Origin: Synechococcus sp.
Lineage (GTDB): Bacteria; Cyanobacteriota; Cyanobacteriia; PCC-6307; Cyanobiaceae
Length of the DNA stretch: 64,000 nucleotides
NCBI GenBank assembly: GCA_047285805.1
Contig: JBJBCN010000003.1
Coordinates: forward strand, 864,001-928,000
Direction: 5' to 3'
Shown here: positions 30,001 to 49,484 of the stretch, piece by piece
Layout of the letters: every line of letters begins with the position of its first letter
Numbering within the stretch: the first letter of the stretch is position 1
Position numbers and translations under genes: made by a program
Notes under the pieces: model-generated
What the model was told of the DNA's origin: nothing
What the model saw: only the letters and a program-made list of their open reading frames with translations
Databases searched by the model: none

Positions 30001-30401
30001 GCAGCGGCTGGACGGCTCGGGGGAGCGCTGGGCGAAGCAGGACGAGCGGGAGCGGCGGGCTTGGCGGCCTGGGGTTGGGGCCGAGGAGCAGGGGCCGCAG
30101 CAGCAGGTTTCGTCGGAGCCGGACTTGCCGCAGGCTTCGCGGGAGCGGCAAGCGCAGCCGGGGCAGCTTTCTTCACCGAAAGGATGGCCTTCTTGGGCTC
30201 GGCCGCTGCCGGAGCAGGTTTGCTGCCGTTCCCGCCACCTTTGATCAGGCTGCGAATTTGCGCTGCCTCGTCATCGCTGATGGAGCTGCTGTGGCTCTTC
30301 GCTGCGATCGACAGTTTCTCGGCGGCATCGAGCACGTCCTTGTTCTCAAGGCCCAAGTCCTTGGACAGCTCGTAAATCCTGACTTTGCCGCTGCTGGTCA
30401 T
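27093..30401 (-). CDS. infB: Translation initiation factor IF-2
   Basis: VRIYEL N-terminus, [17 protein letters not shown]. Confidence 0.98.
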   Translation of the reverse strand: MTSSGKVRIYELSKDLGLENKDVLDAAEKLSIAAKSHSSSISDDEAAQIRSLIKGGGNGSKPAPAAAEPKKAILSVKKAAPAALAAPAKPAASPAPTKPAAAAPAPRPQPQAAKPAAPARPASPSAPPSRPAAAPAAKPAASAKPVGQPAAKPAAKLAASAPASRPAAPSAPPARPAAAKPVAKPAASAPPSRPAAPAPSRPAPAIVSKSPAGAPPARKPAPPVSRPAAGSPQRPGAPTRPAGGGRPQLVSRPQGGQGGARPATPSGRPALSQRPGMPTRPGAPAPTRVGQGGKPAKPTRPQVELVGKPIRRDVGGPAGGGNRPAPPTRPGMPGMRKPVAPGELMQLQKPGARPSAPPPRRPGAPTGAPGAAAGDANRPSATPPSAPRRPNFRAPMPPGGGRPRRPDWDDSARLDALRSRSPQKQRQRVHIIGENDDSLAAQTGGYAGDTDAVVLQASLARPAKPRSAGSAQPKPTVVARKRRKETARQRQRRRAMELRAAREAKQQRPEMLVVPEGNLTVQELADKLGVESSEIIKSLFFKGIIATVTQTLDLSAIETVSKEFGVPVLEDDVEEAAAKTVEMIEESDMAHLIRRPPVVTVMGHVDHGKTSLLDSIRKTRVTAGEAGGITQHIGAYQVEVPHAGEQRKLTFLDTPGHEAFTAMRARGTKVTDVAVLVVAADDGVRPQTLEAISHARAAKVPIVVAINKIDKEGASPDRVKQELSSHELVAEDWGGNTVMVPVSAIKGENIDKLLEMILLVTEVEDLQANPDRMARGTVIEAHLDKAKGPVATLLIQNGTLRTGDVLAAGPILGKVRAMVDDNGKRVKEAAPSYAVEALGFSEVPTAGDEFEVYTDEKTARAVVGDRATEARATRLAQQMASRRVSLASMSGQASEGELKELNLILKADVQGSVEAILGSLEQLPQGEVQVRVLLSAPGEITETDVDLAAASGAVIVGFNTSMAPGAKRAADATGVDVRDYDVIYKLLEDIQMAMEGLLEPELVEESLGEAEVRAIFTIGKSAVAGCYVTTGKLQRNCKVRVWRGKEKVFEGDLDSLRRAKDDVKEVATGFECGIGCDRFANWAEGDRVEAFKLVTQRRTLSN

Positions 30402-30487
30402 TCAGTGCTCCAAGTGGTCGGGGGCAACACGTGCCACCGGGCCATCACCCACAGTGAGGCCACTATTTATCTTGCCTCAGCGCCTGA

Positions 30488-30745
30488 TTAAGAGGTGGCA
30501 TTCAGGCGCTGTTCCAAGGCCGCGTAGATGGAATCTGACACTTGGCACCGGAGTGCCTTCTGCAGACGTTTGCGGCGCTTGGCTTCCTCAAAACAGCTCT
30601 CGGTCGGACAGAGGTAGGCCGATCGGCCCATGCCCTGATCCAGAGCCATTCCGCCCTCGGCCAGGCGGATGACCCGCAGCAGTTGCTGGCGATCCAGCAG
30701 TGCTCGGCAGGTCACACAACGCCTGAGGACGGGCTGCTGCTTCAC
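30488..30745 (-). CDS. ylxR: YlxR (DUF448) RNA-binding protein
   Basis: RRCVTC, GRSAYLC; between nusA and infB. Confidence 0.92.
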   Translation of the reverse strand: MKQQPVLRRCVTCRALLDRQQLLRVIRLAEGGMALDQGMGRSAYLCPTESCFEEAKRRKRLQKALRCQVSDSIYAALEQRLNATS

Positions 30746-32169
30746 CGGGCTCCTTCCTCGTCGCTGACCTCTGGAACAGCCTCCTTGACTACTTCTTCGG
30801 TGGCCTCGGCTTCTGCGACTGGCTCTCGCTCGTTTGCCGCCTCGTAGTAGTTGGCTTGCTCGATGTACTCCTCCTCGTCCTCGGGCAGGGGATAGAGCTC
30901 GCGTAGACGGGCATCTTCCTCGGCGCGCAGGGCATGCTCTGCCTCCATCCGGGCTTCGGCTTCGGCCTGGAGCGTTTCCTCTTCTTGGCGCATCGCGATC
31001 AGCTCAGCGACCTTCTCGTCCTCGGATGTCTGGTCGTACTCGGTGCTGTTCTTGATGTCGATCTTCCAGCCGGTCAGACGGGCGGCGAGGCGAACGTTCT
31101 GGCCTTCGCGGCCGATGGCCAGGCTGAGTTGATCGGGCGGAACCAGCACGTGGGCGTGCTGTCCCTCTGGATCCACGAGCCGCACCGCTTCAACACGGGC
31201 AGGGCTCAGGGAGTTGGCGATGTACTGACCGGGGTCGTGGGACCAGCGGATGACGTCGATTTTTTCGCCCCGCAGTTCGTTGACGACCTGCTGGATGCGG
31301 GAGCCGCGGGCACCGATGCAGGCGCCAACCGGGTCCACCTCACGCTCGACGCTGTCGACGGCCACCTTGGTGCGCGGACCAACCGAGCGGGACGGCGGGT
31401 TGGCTTCACGGGCGACGGCAACGATGCGGACCGAGCCTTCCTGGATCTCGGGGACCTCGTTTTCGAAGAGGTAGACCACCAGGCCAGCGTTGGAGCGGCT
31501 GACAAACAGCTGGGGACCGCGGCGGGGGATTTCGCTGACCTCCTTTAGGAAGACCTTGAAGGTGGCGTTGGCCCGGTAGTTGTCATTGGGCAGTTGGTCG
31601 CGGCGGGGGAGTTCGGCCTCCACCTCGGGACGGCCAAGGCCGCTGCTCACGGCCATGATTACGCTCTGACGCTCAAAGCGGATTACGCGAGCGGTCAGAA
31701 CGGGGTCCTCGAGGTCGGCGAATTCCTCCTGGATCATGCGCCGCTGTTGGTCCCGCAGCTTCTGGGCGAGAACCTGCTTGGTCGTGGCGGCGGCCATCCG
31801 ACCGAAGTCTTCTTTCTCGGGGGTGACGTCCAGGACCACAGTGTCACCGGCCTGGGCGTCTTCAGCCACCTGCATCACCTCGGCCAGGGCGATCTGGTGG
31901 TCTTCGCTTTCGACCTCCTCCACGATGATCTTGGAGGCCAGTACTCGGTAGCCCTCCTCGTCGAGATCCAGGGCGACATCGAAGTTGGAGAAGTAGTCCT
32001 CCTCGAAAGGGTCTTCGCTGATCCCCAGGTAGAGGGTGCGTCTGTAACGCTCATACCCTTTGAGGAGGGCTTCACGCAGAGCCGCTTCCACCACCGCAGG
32101 GGGCAGCTTTTTCTCTTCGCTGATGTCCTCGATCAGGTTGGAGAGACCGGGGAGCAGGACCAGTGCCAT
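30742..32169 (-). CDS. nusA: Transcription termination factor NusA
   Basis: FGRMAA, S1 and KH domains, [23 protein letters not shown]. Confidence 0.97.
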   Translation of the reverse strand: MALVLLPGLSNLIEDISEEKKLPPAVVEAALREALLKGYERYRRTLYLGISEDPFEEDYFSNFDVALDLDEEGYRVLASKIIVEEVESEDHQIALAEVMQVAEDAQAGDTVVLDVTPEKEDFGRMAAATTKQVLAQKLRDQQRRMIQEEFADLEDPVLTARVIRFERQSVIMAVSSGLGRPEVEAELPRRDQLPNDNYRANATFKVFLKEVSEIPRRGPQLFVSRSNAGLVVYLFENEVPEIQEGSVRIVAVAREANPPSRSVGPRTKVAVDSVEREVDPVGACIGARGSRIQQVVNELRGEKIDVIRWSHDPGQYIANSLSPARVEAVRLVDPEGQHAHVLVPPDQLSLAIGREGQNVRLAARLTGWKIDIKNSTEYDQTSEDEKVAELIAMRQEEETLQAEAEARMEAEHALRAEEDARLRELYPLPEDEEEYIEQANYYEAANEREPVAEAEATEEVVKEAVPEVSDEEGAR

Positions 32170-32210
32170 GGCAGGTGGTTGGGTGCGGGATGGAGAGGGG
32201 GGAGGAGGGC

Positions 32211-32684
32211 TTAGCCCTCTTTGGGAGTGACGAGCTTGACGCTGATCACATCGGAGCGCGGGATGCGAACTGTGCGTCCGCGGACGTTGAGGAGAACGCT
32301 CTCCCCATCGCGTTCGAGGAGGAGGCCCTCACGCTCGCTTTCGCCCCCCGATTTGGCGTCGCGGTAGCGGATGGAGACCGGGAAGCCGCGGAAGCTGCGG
32401 AAGTCACGGTCATCGCACAGCTCCTCGCTGACACCCGGACTGCTGACTTCAAGGACATAGGCGTCCTCGAGCAGACCGCTGTTCTCGATGGCGTCGCCCA
32501 GCAATCCGCTGAAGCTGGCGCAGTTGTCCAAGCTGACGTCTCCGCCATCGGCCAAACGCAGCTGGACCAGCAGCGTCATCGGGATCCGATTGGTCAGCAT
32601 TTCAAGCCCGCAGACCTGGAATCCAGCCGATTTCGCCAACTGGCTAGCCAGGCTGTGGAGGTCAGGGAGCAAGGGATGCGGCAA
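32211..32684 (-). CDS. rimP: Ribosome maturation factor RimP
   Basis: VSLDNC, YVLEVSSPG; TTG start at 32684 inferred. Confidence 0.92.
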   Translation of the reverse strand: MPHPLLPDLHSLASQLAKSAGFQVCGLEMLTNRIPMTLLVQLRLADGGDVSLDNCASFSGLLGDAIENSGLLEDAYVLEVSSPGVSEELCDDRDFRSFRGFPVSIRYRDAKSGGESEREGLLLERDGESVLLNVRGRTVRIPRSDVISVKLVTPKEG

Positions 32685-32835
32685 AGCCTCGACGATGAAC
32701 AGGGGAACGGGCAACCCGTCCGGCACCTGCAGTGATCTGCTTTCTGACTGACCAGTGGCTTCCATGAAGCCATCACTGTTCGATCAGAGGTGCCCGCCGG
32801 GCACTCCAAAACCATACGCGATCAAGGGCCGGGCG

Positions 32836-33105
32836 TCAGGCCCCCATGCCGCCGAGGTCGGCCACTGGCGGTTCCATGTAGGCGTCGCCCGGTTGGGTTT
32901 CTCCTCGAAGGCTGGGGTCCTGGTTTAGGCACTGACCCTTTTGCTCGTCGGTGCGGAGGTACTGGCAAACGCGGGCGTAAAGCTTGGAGCGGGTGGAGGG
33001 TTGCCCCTGGCTGAAGTGCACCTGCTCGAGGCCACCCACTAGCCCTTGAATCTCCACCTGGCAAAGGGAGCAGCGTTCACGGGTGCCCGGTGGAACGGAG
33101 GCCAT
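32836..33105 (-). CDS. Small Cys-containing hypothetical protein
   Basis: CSLC...VHFSQG...LYARVCQY...CLN. Confidence 0.65.
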   Translation of the reverse strand: MASVPPGTRERCSLCQVEIQGLVGGLEQVHFSQGQPSTRSKLYARVCQYLRTDEQKGQCLNQDPSLRGETQPGDAYMEPPVADLGGMGA

Positions 33106-33158
33106 GCCAGCTTGATCAATAAAGGGCAACTTAGGGCGAAAGAATCCGGTCGGTTGGT

Positions 33159-33950
33159 GTGCCTGGCCTACTTCAGTTCAGTGATCCCCACCTCTTGGCG
33201 GATCCCAATGGCATGTGCCGTGGTCGCCCCTCCATGGCAGCCCTCGTCCATGGCCTCAGGCAGGCCCTGGCACAGCTCAATCGGCGACCGGATCTGCTCT
33301 TGATCACGGGAGATCTCTGCCAGGACGAGAGCTGGGGTGGCTACCGGCGTCTGCTGGATTCGCTGGATCAGGTGGAGGCGCTTAGGCCGGTTCCCCTGGC
33401 CTTGACCCCCGGAAACCATGACCACCAAGCCTTGCTGCGTGCGGTCTTGGGGCGGCGGGCGGTAATTGCCCCGGCGGCCCTCGACGTCGGCGGTTGGACC
33501 CTGCTCGTGCTCTCCAGTCACCGCAGCGGTTGTGTCGCGGGTTTCCTCGATCAGCGGCAGTTGGCCTGGCTGGAAGGACAGCTGTTGGGGGCCAATCAGC
33601 CTGTGGTTGTCGCCCTGCACCATCCCCCCACAGCGATTGGTGACCCCGGCTTGGATCCCATCGCCCTGCAGGATCCGGGCCCTCTGCTGCGGTGCCTGCG
33701 GGGGGCACCAGCGCTAAAGGCGGTTCTGTTCGGTCATGTTCATCAGCACTGGAAAGGCGAGCTGCAACGCACCGATGGAGGCCCACCGATCCCTTTGTGG
33801 GCCTGCCCCTCTTCCTTGGCAGCGTTTGCGGCGGTTCAATCCTGCCCACTGGAACACCCGGATTGGCCCGGGGCTCGTTGGCTTGACTTGCGGGATTCCG
33901 GCGCGGTGGTCTCGACCCTGCTGCGCTGGTTCCCCCTGGAATCTGCCTAG
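33159..33950 (+). CDS. CpdA-like metallophosphoesterase (cyclic nucleotide phosphodiesterase)
   Basis: SDPH, TGD, PGNHD, HHPP, FGHVH motifs. Confidence 0.88.
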   Translation: MPGLLQFSDPHLLADPNGMCRGRPSMAALVHGLRQALAQLNRRPDLLLITGDLCQDESWGGYRRLLDSLDQVEALRPVPLALTPGNHDHQALLRAVLGRRAVIAPAALDVGGWTLLVLSSHRSGCVAGFLDQRQLAWLEGQLLGANQPVVVALHHPPTAIGDPGLDPIALQDPGPLLRCLRGAPALKAVLFGHVHQHWKGELQRTDGGPPIPLWACPSSLAAFAAVQSCPLEHPDWPGARWLDLRDSGAVVSTLLRWFPLESA

Positions 33951-35078
<1,128 letters not shown>

Positions 35079-35116
35079 GACCTGAGCTACGGTCGCCGGT
35101 CAGAGAAAACGGCGTG

Positions 35117-35830
35117 ATGGCGGATCTGCAGGATCAGATGAAACAAGCGGTGGCGGCGGCTGCCACCGAGCAGATCCACAGCGGCATGGTGGTCGGTTTG
35201 GGCTCGGGCTCAACGGCAGCCCTGATGATTCAGGCCCTCGGAGCCAAGCTCAAGAGCGGCGAGCTTCGGGACATCGTTGGGGTCACGACCTCCTTCCAAG
35301 GCGAGGTGCTGGCGGCCGAGTTGGGTATCCCTCTGCAGAGTCTGAATGCCGTCGATCGCATCGATCTGGCCATCGATGGGGCCGACGAGGTTGATCCCTC
35401 TTTCCAGCTGATCAAGGGCGGTGGCGCCTGCCACGTTCAGGAAAAGCTGGTGGCGGTTCGCGCCAAGCGTTTTGTTGTGGTTGTCGACTCCACGAAGCTT
35501 GTGGACACCCTCAACCTGGGCTTCCTTTTGCCGGTTGAGGTGATGCCAGGTGCTTGGCGTCAGGTGCAAGGTCAGCTGCGGGAGATGGGTGGTGATGCCC
35601 AGCTCCGCATGGCGGTCAAGAAGGCCGGTCCGGTGGTCACCGACCAGGGCAACCTGGTCCTGGACGTCAAGTTCAGCGGCGGCATTGGTGATCCCGGCAG
35701 CCTCGAGAAGGAAATTAACAACCTCCCCGGCGTGCTCGAGAACGGTCTGTTTGTGAACATCACAGACCAGGTGCTGGTGGGTGAGATCAACGCCGGCGTT
35801 GCCAGCGTTCGCGACATGGTGAAGCGCTGA
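35117..35830 (+). CDS. rpiA: Ribose-5-phosphate isomerase A
   Basis: GLGSGST, DGADE, IKGGG. Confidence 0.96.
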   Translation: MADLQDQMKQAVAAAATEQIHSGMVVGLGSGSTAALMIQALGAKLKSGELRDIVGVTTSFQGEVLAAELGIPLQSLNAVDRIDLAIDGADEVDPSFQLIKGGGACHVQEKLVAVRAKRFVVVVDSTKLVDTLNLGFLLPVEVMPGAWRQVQGQLREMGGDAQLRMAVKKAGPVVTDQGNLVLDVKFSGGIGDPGSLEKEINNLPGVLENGLFVNITDQVLVGEINAGVASVRDMVKR

Positions 35831-35839
35831 GGACTGGGC

Positions 35840-37174
35840 TTAATCCAGTCTCCTGCGGACGGACTCCGCGTGGCTGTGGAGTCCCTCGCTGTCGGCCAGG
35901 GTGCCAACGGCGGCGCCGGTGGCCACCAGGGCTTGACGGTTGAATTGAATCAAGCTGGTGTGGCGCATGAAGGTCTCTACGCAGAGTGCTCCAGCAAACC
36001 GGGCGGTGCCTGAGGTAGGCAGCGTGTGGTTTGGGCCGGCGAGGTAGTCGCCTACGGCTTCCGGAGTCCAGGCCCCCATGAAGATGGCCCCGGCCTGTTG
36101 GATCTGTTCGGCCAGGGGCTCAGGCTGCTCCACCTGCAGTTCCAGGTGCTCCGGTGCAAAGCGGTCGCTGAGCTTTGCGGCCTCGTCCAGGTCGCCGCAG
36201 ACCACGATCAAGCCCCAGTCGTTGAGGGCTTGACGGGTGATGGCTGCGCGGGGGTGTCCCTGCAGCTGTTGCTCGATCGCGCCAGGAATGGCCTGCGCGA
36301 GCTCCTCGCTGGTGGTCATCAGGATGGCCGCCGCCAGGGGGTCGTGCTCTGCTTGAGCCAGCAGATCGGCCGCTACATGTTCGGGGTTCGCGCTGGCATC
36401 GGCAATGACCAGGACTTCACTGGGGCCCGCCAGGGAATCGATCGCGACCCGCCCGTAGACCGCTTTCTTGGCCAAGGTCACATAGAGATTGCCCGGACCG
36501 CTGATGACGTCCACCCGCGGGATGGATTCCGTTCCGTAGGCCAATGCTCCGATGGCTTGGGCGCCACCGACCCGATAGATCTCGTCGATGCCCGCGAGGT
36601 GGGCGGCGGCCAGGACGGTGGTGTTGATGCGACCGTCGGTCCCGGGAGGGGTGACCATGACCACCCGCTGCACTCCAGCCACCTTCGCGGGAACGGCGTT
36701 CATCAGAACTGTGCTCGGGTAGCTGGCACGGCCTCCGGGCACGTAGAGACCGGCGCGCTGCACCGGCCGCCAGCGTCGGCCCAGGCGTTCGCCGTGCTCA
36801 CCGGTGATGGCAAGGTCGTTGGGGAGTTGGCGTTGGTGGAAGTCCAGGATCCGGCGGTGGGCCAGGGCCAGGGCTTCCTGCAGATCTGGCGGCGTGGCCT
36901 CCCAAGCCGCCTCGATCTCCTCTGGAGGGATGCGAAGGGGATCTGGGCGCACCCCGTCAAACCGCTCGGTCAGTTCAAAGAGGGCGGCATCGCCCTGCGC
37001 CTGCACTTGCTCCAGGATCGCCTCAACCCGCTGGGCGACCTCGTGGCTTTGGCCGCTTCCGGTGCGCTCGGCGATGACCTCCAGCCGTTGCCCGGCCTGA
37101 TCGGCGTCTCTCAGGAGCTCAATCTGTAGCTGCGGGACGGACTCGGCACGGCTTGGATGAGAGCTGGCGGTCAC
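35840..37174 (-). CDS. hisD: Histidinol dehydrogenase
   Basis: [28 protein letters not shown]. Confidence 0.96.
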   Translation of the reverse strand: MTASSHPSRAESVPQLQIELLRDADQAGQRLEVIAERTGSGQSHEVAQRVEAILEQVQAQGDAALFELTERFDGVRPDPLRIPPEEIEAAWEATPPDLQEALALAHRRILDFHQRQLPNDLAITGEHGERLGRRWRPVQRAGLYVPGGRASYPSTVLMNAVPAKVAGVQRVVMVTPPGTDGRINTTVLAAAHLAGIDEIYRVGGAQAIGALAYGTESIPRVDVISGPGNLYVTLAKKAVYGRVAIDSLAGPSEVLVIADASANPEHVAADLLAQAEHDPLAAAILMTTSEELAQAIPGAIEQQLQGHPRAAITRQALNDWGLIVVCGDLDEAAKLSDRFAPEHLELQVEQPEPLAEQIQQAGAIFMGAWTPEAVGDYLAGPNHTLPTSGTARFAGALCVETFMRHTSLIQFNRQALVATGAAVGTLADSEGLHSHAESVRRRLD

Positions 37175-37264
37175 GAAACCGTGGAGCGGCGGTGAATCTT
37201 CAAGCTAGTTGCTCGGGCCTCATGGAGCGGTCGCAGGCCAGGGGGTAAAGTTATCGACTGCTGA

Positions 37265-37585
<321 letters not shown>

Positions 37586-37620
37586 TTTTTTAGGTTGGAT
37601 CTAAGGTCACCCTTGGATCC

Positions 37621-38442
37621 ATGGCAGCTCCCGTCGCTCTTGAGAGTCTCCCGGCTCCTCTGATTGATAGTCACTGCCATATCGTCTTTCGAAATTTCGA
37701 CGAAGATTTGGAGGAGGTTGCTCAGCGCTGGCGGGATGCCGGTGTCTGCCGCCTCCTCCACGCATGTGTGGAGCCTTCAGAGATCCCAGCGATCCGAGCG
37801 CTCGCCGATCGTTTCCCGGAGCTGCGCTACTCCGTTGGTGTCCACCCTCTTGACCCACAGCATTGGGCGCCCGACACGCAGCAGGTTTTGCGTCAGGCTG
37901 TTCAGGCTGACCCCCGGGTTGTGGCGATAGGTGAGCTCGGCCTCGATCTCTTCCGCGACAAAAATCTCGATCAGCAACTGGCGATGCTGCGTCCCCAGCT
38001 CGACCTGGCGGTGGAGCTGGATCTCCCGGTGATCATTCACTGCCGCGATGCCGCCGAGCCGATGCTCGGCGAGTTGCGCGACCGCGCTGAACGGGGCGCC
38101 TGTCCCAAGGGCGTGATGCATTGCTGGAGTGGGACTCCGGAGGAGATGCAGTGGTTTCTGCAGCTCGGCCTTTACATCAGCTTCAGCGGCAACGTGACCT
38201 TCCCGAAGGCCATCGACACCCACGCCTGTGCCCAAGCGGTCCCTGCCGACCGCTTCCTCGTTGAGACCGACTGCCCGTTTTTGGCCCCCGTGCCGCGACG
38301 GGGGAAACGCAACGAGCCGTCCTATGTGATGGCCGTGGCTCAGCGGGTTGCAGAGCTCCGTCAGGAGCCACTCCAGACCGTCGCTTTACAGAGCACCCAC
38401 AACGCTTGTGCGCTCTTTGGACCTGCTCTTCACAATGTATGA
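37621..38442 (+). CDS. tatD: TatD family hydrolase
   Basis: DSHCH, GVHP, GELGLD, IHCR, ETDCP. Confidence 0.94.
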   Translation: MAAPVALESLPAPLIDSHCHIVFRNFDEDLEEVAQRWRDAGVCRLLHACVEPSEIPAIRALADRFPELRYSVGVHPLDPQHWAPDTQQVLRQAVQADPRVVAIGELGLDLFRDKNLDQQLAMLRPQLDLAVELDLPVIIHCRDAAEPMLGELRDRAERGACPKGVMHCWSGTPEEMQWFLQLGLYISFSGNVTFPKAIDTHACAQAVPADRFLVETDCPFLAPVPRRGKRNEPSYVMAVAQRVAELRQEPLQTVALQSTHNACALFGPALHNV

Positions 38443-38758
38443 TGTTTCATTGGCCTGGCAGCGAGTCGTGATTTATCCGTGCTCGTTGCAGCCCGAAAGC
38501 GCTCACCGGGGATCTGGTGAGTTAGCCCATGACCAGTGGTGCGTTGTCTTTCCGGTTCGAGTTGTCGTTCCCTGCGGTTTTCAAGCGATCTGAATAGGCG
38601 CCACAGCTGGCCAGCCGTTCCCTTCGGGAGCGGCTGGCTCTGTCGTCTGTGTGGTGGTGTCACGCTGATGCCCCTTTCTTCGTCTTGATCACTGCCTGGC
38701 TTCGAAACCGCTCTCCAGGCCCTCCGTTCCGTTTCACCCGTTCCTGCAGGTTCACCGC

Positions 38759-41700
38759 ATGAGCAGCGCGATTCAGGTCGCCAAGACCGCCACTTACCTC
38801 CCCGATCTGGTGGAGGTGCAGCGCGCGAGCTTCAAATGGTTTCTGGAGAAGGGCCTGATCGAGGAGCTTGAGAGCTTCTCCCCGATCACCGACTACACCG
38901 GCAAGCTCGAGCTGCACTTCATCGGTAGCGAATACCGACTGAAGCGCCCACGCCACGACGTGGAAGAGGCCAAGCGCCGTGACGCGACCTTTGCGTCTCA
39001 GATGTATGTGACCTGTCGCCTGGTCAACAAGGAGACCGGAGAGATCAAGGAGCAGGAAGTGTTCATCGGGGAACTGCCCCTGATGACCGAGCGCGGCACC
39101 TTCATCATTAACGGTGCCGAGCGCGTGATCGTCAACCAGATCGTGCGTTCCCCCGGCGTCTATTTCAAGGACGAGCAGGACAAGAACGGCCGCAAGACCT
39201 TTAACGCCAGCCTGATCCCCAACCGTGGTGCATGGCTGAAGTTTGAAACCGACAAGAACGATCTGCTGCACGTTCGTGTCGATAAGACCCGCAAGATCAA
39301 CGCCCACGTGTTGATGCGGGCCATCGGCTTGTCCGACAACGACGTACTCGACAAGCTGCGCCACCCCGAGTATTACCAGAAGTCCATCGAGGCTGCGAAC
39401 GACGAAGGCATTGCCTCGGAAGACCAGGCCCTGCTCGAGCTCTACAAAAAGCTGCGTCCAGGTGAGCCCCCCTCGGTGAGCGGTGGCCAAACCCTGCTGC
39501 ACAGCCGGTTCTTCGATCCCAAGCGCTACGACCTGGGCCGCGTTGGTCGCTACAAGATCAACAAGAAGCTGCGGCTCACAATCCCCGATGCGACGCGCAC
39601 CCTCACCCCTGAGGACGTGCTCAGCACGATCGACTACCTGATCAATCTTGAGCTCGACGTGGGTGGCGCCACTCTCGACGACATCGACCACCTCGGTAAC
39701 CGTCGTGTTCGCTCCGTGGGCGAATTGCTGCAGAACCAGGTACGCGTTGGTCTGAATCGCCTCGAGCGGATCATCAAAGAGCGCATGACCGTTGGTGAGA
39801 CCGAGAGTCTGACCCCCGCGCAGTTGGTGAACCCGAAGCCCCTGGTGGCGGCGATCAAGGAGTTCTTTGGCTCCAGCCAGCTGAGCCAGTTCATGGACCA
39901 GACGAACCCTCTGGCTGAGCTGACCCACAAACGTCGTATCAGTGCCCTCGGCCCAGGCGGTTTGACCCGCGAGCGTGCCGGCTTTGCCGTTCGCGACATC
40001 CACCCGTCCCACTACGGTCGGATCTGCCCGATCGAGACCCCTGAAGGCCCGAACGCCGGTCTAATCGGCTCTCTGGCTACCCACGCCCGGGTGAACGAGT
40101 ACGGCTTCATTGAGACCCCGTTCTGGAAGGTCGAAGACGGAATCGTTCTTAAGCAGGGCGATCCCCTCTACCTTTCGGCTGACCTCGAAGACGAGTGCCG
40201 CGTCGCTCCGGGCGACGTCGCAACCGATGCCGATGGCCGGATCAAGGCCGATCTTGTTCCTGTGCGTTATCGCCAGGACTTTGAGACTGTGCCCCCCGAG
40301 CAGGTCGACTACGTGCAGCTTTCGCCGGTTCAGGTGATCTCCGTGGCGACCTCGCTGATCCCCTTCCTCGAGCACGACGACGCCAACAGGGCCCTGATGG
40401 GTTCAAACATGCAGCGTCAGGCCGTGCCTCTACTTCGTCCTGAGCGTCCACTGGTCGGTACCGGTCTTGAGACGCAGGTCGCCCGCGACTCAGGCATGGT
40501 GCCCATCACCACCGTCAACGGCACGGTGACCTTTGTAGATGCCACCGCGATCGTCATCCGTGACGAAGAGGGCAACGACCACACCCACTACCTACAGAAG
40601 TACCAGCGCTCCAACCAGGACACCTGCCTGAACCACCGTCCGATCGTCAAGCTCGGCGACCAGGTCATCGCCGGTCAAGTCCTGGCCAATGGTTCGGCTT
40701 GTGAGGGTGGCGAAATCGCCCTGGGTCAGAACGTTCTGATCGCCTACATGCCCTGGGAGGGCTACAACTACGAGGACGCGATCCTGGTGTCCGAGCGCCT
40801 GGTTCGCGACGACCTCTACACCTCGGTCCATATTGAGAAGTATGAGATCGAAGCCCGTCAGACCAAGCTGGGCCCTGAGGAGATCACCCGCGAAATCCCG
40901 AACGTCGCCGAGGAGAACCTGGGCAACCTCGATGAGATGGGCATTATCCGCATCGGCGCCTACGTCGAGAGCGGCGATATCCTTGTAGGCAAGGTGACTC
41001 CGAAGGGTGAGTCGGACCAGCCCCCTGAAGAGAAGCTGCTGCGCGCGATCTTCGGTGAGAAGGCCCGCGATGTTCGCGACAACTCCCTGCGCGTTCCCAG
41101 CACCGAGCGTGGCAGGGTGGTCGATGTTCGGATCTATACCCGTGAGCAGGGCGATGAGCTACCGCCCGGCGCAAACATGGTGGTCCGGGTCTATGTGGCC
41201 CAGCGCCGCAAGATCCAGGTCGGCGACAAGATGGCCGGCCGCCACGGCAACAAGGGCATCATCAGCCGCATCCTTCCCCTGGAGGACATGCCTTACCTGC
41301 CCGACGGCACACCGATCGACATTGTTCTGAACCCCCTGGGTGTTCCGAGCCGCATGAATGTCGGACAGGTGTTCGAGTGCTTGATGGGTTGGGCGGCATC
41401 ACACCTGGACTGTCGAGTCAAGGTGGTGCCCTTCGACGAAATGCACGGCCCTGAGACCTCGAAGAACACTGTTCAGGCTTACCTCGAGGCGGCCAAGTCC
41501 CAGCCCGGTAAGGACTGGGTCTACAACCCCAATAACCCCGGCAAGATCCAGTTGATCGATGGCCGGACCGGCGAGGCCTTCGACCAGCCCGTGACCGTGG
41601 GTTATGCCCACATCCTCAAGCTGGTTCACCTTGTGGACGACAAGATCCACGCCCGCTCCACTGGCCCCTACTCCCTGGTCACCCAGCAGCCCCTGGGTGG

Positions 41701-42049
41701 TAAGGCTCAGCAAGGCGGTCAGCGTCTGGGTGAGATGGAGGTGTGGGCACTCGAGGCCTATGGCGCCGCTTACACCCTGCAGGAACTGCTCACCGTCAAG
41801 TCCGACGACATGCAGGGCCGCAACGAGGCGCTCAACGCCATCGTCAAGGGCAAGCCGATCCCCCGTCCGGGTACCCCCGAGTCCTTCAAGGTGCTCATGC
41901 GTGAGCTCCAGTCCCTGGGTCTAGACATCGCGGTTTACACCGATGCCGGCGAGGAAGTCGACCTCATGCAGGACGTGAATCCCCGCCGCAGCACCCCCAA
42001 CCGGCCCACCTACGAATCCCTCGGCGTCGCGGATTACGACGACGACTGA
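38759..42049 (+). CDS. rpoB: RNA polymerase beta subunit
   Basis: [18 protein letters not shown] and other universal motifs. Confidence 0.99.
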   Translation: MSSAIQVAKTATYLPDLVEVQRASFKWFLEKGLIEELESFSPITDYTGKLELHFIGSEYRLKRPRHDVEEAKRRDATFASQMYVTCRLVNKETGEIKEQEVFIGELPLMTERGTFIINGAERVIVNQIVRSPGVYFKDEQDKNGRKTFNASLIPNRGAWLKFETDKNDLLHVRVDKTRKINAHVLMRAIGLSDNDVLDKLRHPEYYQKSIEAANDEGIASEDQALLELYKKLRPGEPPSVSGGQTLLHSRFFDPKRYDLGRVGRYKINKKLRLTIPDATRTLTPEDVLSTIDYLINLELDVGGATLDDIDHLGNRRVRSVGELLQNQVRVGLNRLERIIKERMTVGETESLTPAQLVNPKPLVAAIKEFFGSSQLSQFMDQTNPLAELTHKRRISALGPGGLTRERAGFAVRDIHPSHYGRICPIETPEGPNAGLIGSLATHARVNEYGFIETPFWKVEDGIVLKQGDPLYLSADLEDECRVAPGDVATDADGRIKADLVPVRYRQDFETVPPEQVDYVQLSPVQVISVATSLIPFLEHDDANRALMGSNMQRQAVPLLRPERPLVGTGLETQVARDSGMVPITTVNGTVTFVDATAIVIRDEEGNDHTHYLQKYQRSNQDTCLNHRPIVKLGDQVIAGQVLANGSACEGGEIALGQNVLIAYMPWEGYNYEDAILVSERLVRDDLYTSVHIEKYEIEARQTKLGPEEITREIPNVAEENLGNLDEMGIIRIGAYVESGDILVGKVTPKGESDQPPEEKLLRAIFGEKARDVRDNSLRVPSTERGRVVDVRIYTREQGDELPPGANMVVRVYVAQRRKIQVGDKMAGRHGNKGIISRILPLEDMPYLPDGTPIDIVLNPLGVPSRMNVGQVFECLMGWAASHLDCRVKVVPFDEMHGPETSKNTVQAYLEAAKSQPGKDWVYNPNNPGKIQLIDGRTGEAFDQPVTVGYAHILKLVHLVDDKIHARSTGPYSLVTQQPLGGKAQQGGQRLGEMEVWALEAYGAAYTLQELLTVKSDDMQGRNEALNAIVKGKPIPRPGTPESFKVLMRELQSLGLDIAVYTDAGEEVDLMQDVNPRRSTPNRPTYESLGVADYDDD

Positions 42050-42130
42050 TTGCTGATCAACCCGGCCCCCCCCCAACTGGGTGACCGTCAGATCCCCTTG
42101 TTCCTTCAGATCTCCGAGCGCTCTTAGGTC

Positions 42131-48340
<6,210 letters not shown>

Positions 48341-48341
<1 letters not shown>

Positions 48342-49438
48342 TGCCCCAGGCCGCGACGCCACCGGAAGAGGCCCTTCCCCTGCTGGGGATGGGCCTCTCT
48401 GATTTGGAGCAGTGGGCCAAGCAGCATGGGCAGGCCGCCTTCCGTGGCCGGCAGCTGCATGACTGGCTCTACGCCAAGGGGGCGCGCTCCGTCGACCAGG
48501 TGACAGTTCTGCCTAAGGCCTTCCGTGAGGCGTTGAGTGCGCAACCGCCGGCGGGCGCCTTCGATTGGATGGGGCGTTCGCGGGAGATTCACCGCAGTAT
48601 CGCCAGCGATGGCACCACCAAGTTGCTGCTGGGCACTCACGACCAGTTGAGCATCGAGACCGTCGGCATTCCCGCGGAGGGTCGCTTGACCGTCTGCGTC
48701 AGCAGTCAGGTGGGCTGTTCCATGGCCTGCCGCTTTTGCGCCACCGGCAAAGGGGGGCTGCAGCGCTCCTTGGCCGTCCACGAAATCGTTGATCAAGTGC
48801 TGAGCGTGCGGGAGGTCATGGATCAACGCCCGAGCCACGTGGTGTTCATGGGCATGGGCGAACCCCTCCTCAATGTGGACTCGGTTCTCGACGCGATTGG
48901 TTGCCTGTGCACGGACCTGGGTATGGCTCAGCGGCAGATCACGGTCAGCACGGTGGGTGTTCCACGCACGTTGCCGCGGTTGGCGGAGTTGGCCCTGGAA
49001 CGCCTTGGCCGCGCCCAGTTCACCCTGGCCGTGAGCCTCCATGCCCCGGATCAGCGGTTGCGCGAGGAGCTGATCCCAACGGCCCACGCCTATCCCATTG
49101 AGGCTTTGCTGGAGGACTGTCGCCGCTACGTCGAGATCACCGGCCGGCGGGTCAGTTTTGAGTACATCCTCCTGGGCGGTCTCAACGATCTACCCCGCCA
49201 TGCGGCGGCCCTGGCCCAGTTGCTGCGCGGCTTCCAGAGCCATGTGAACTTGATTCCCTACAACCCGATTCAGGAAGAAGATTTCCAGCGCCCCACGCCC
49301 CAAGCCGTGGAGGCCTTCCGCAGGGCCCTGATGGACCGGCATGTGGCCGTCAGCGTGCGCGCCAGCCGCGGTTTGGATGCCGATGCCGCGTGCGGTCAGC
49401 TGCGACGTCGTCTCGAAGGAAGCCTCGAGCCCGCGTAG
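48341..49438 (+). CDS. rlmN: 23S rRNA A2503 radical-SAM methyltransferase
   Basis: CxxxCxxC, MGMGEP, NLIPYN, AACGQL; true start ATG 48341. Confidence 0.95.
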
Positions 49439-49484
49439 CCGTTGCCGGACAACTGAGGGAGACTGCCCTGAGTGAAGGGCCGCC

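Noticed and set aside
29200..30230. Pro/Ala-rich quasi-repeats
   Set aside because: Low-complexity N-terminal linker of IF-2, normal in picocyanobacteria; not a DNA repeat array or CRISPR
39860..39960. Rifampicin-resistance region of rpoB
   Set aside because: Reads as the usual SQFMDQ...HKRRISALG; no notable substitution seen
42066..42074. C9 homopolymer between rpoB and rpoC1
   Set aside because: Intergenic within an essential operon; no frame or promoter spacing affected, so phase variation is not supported
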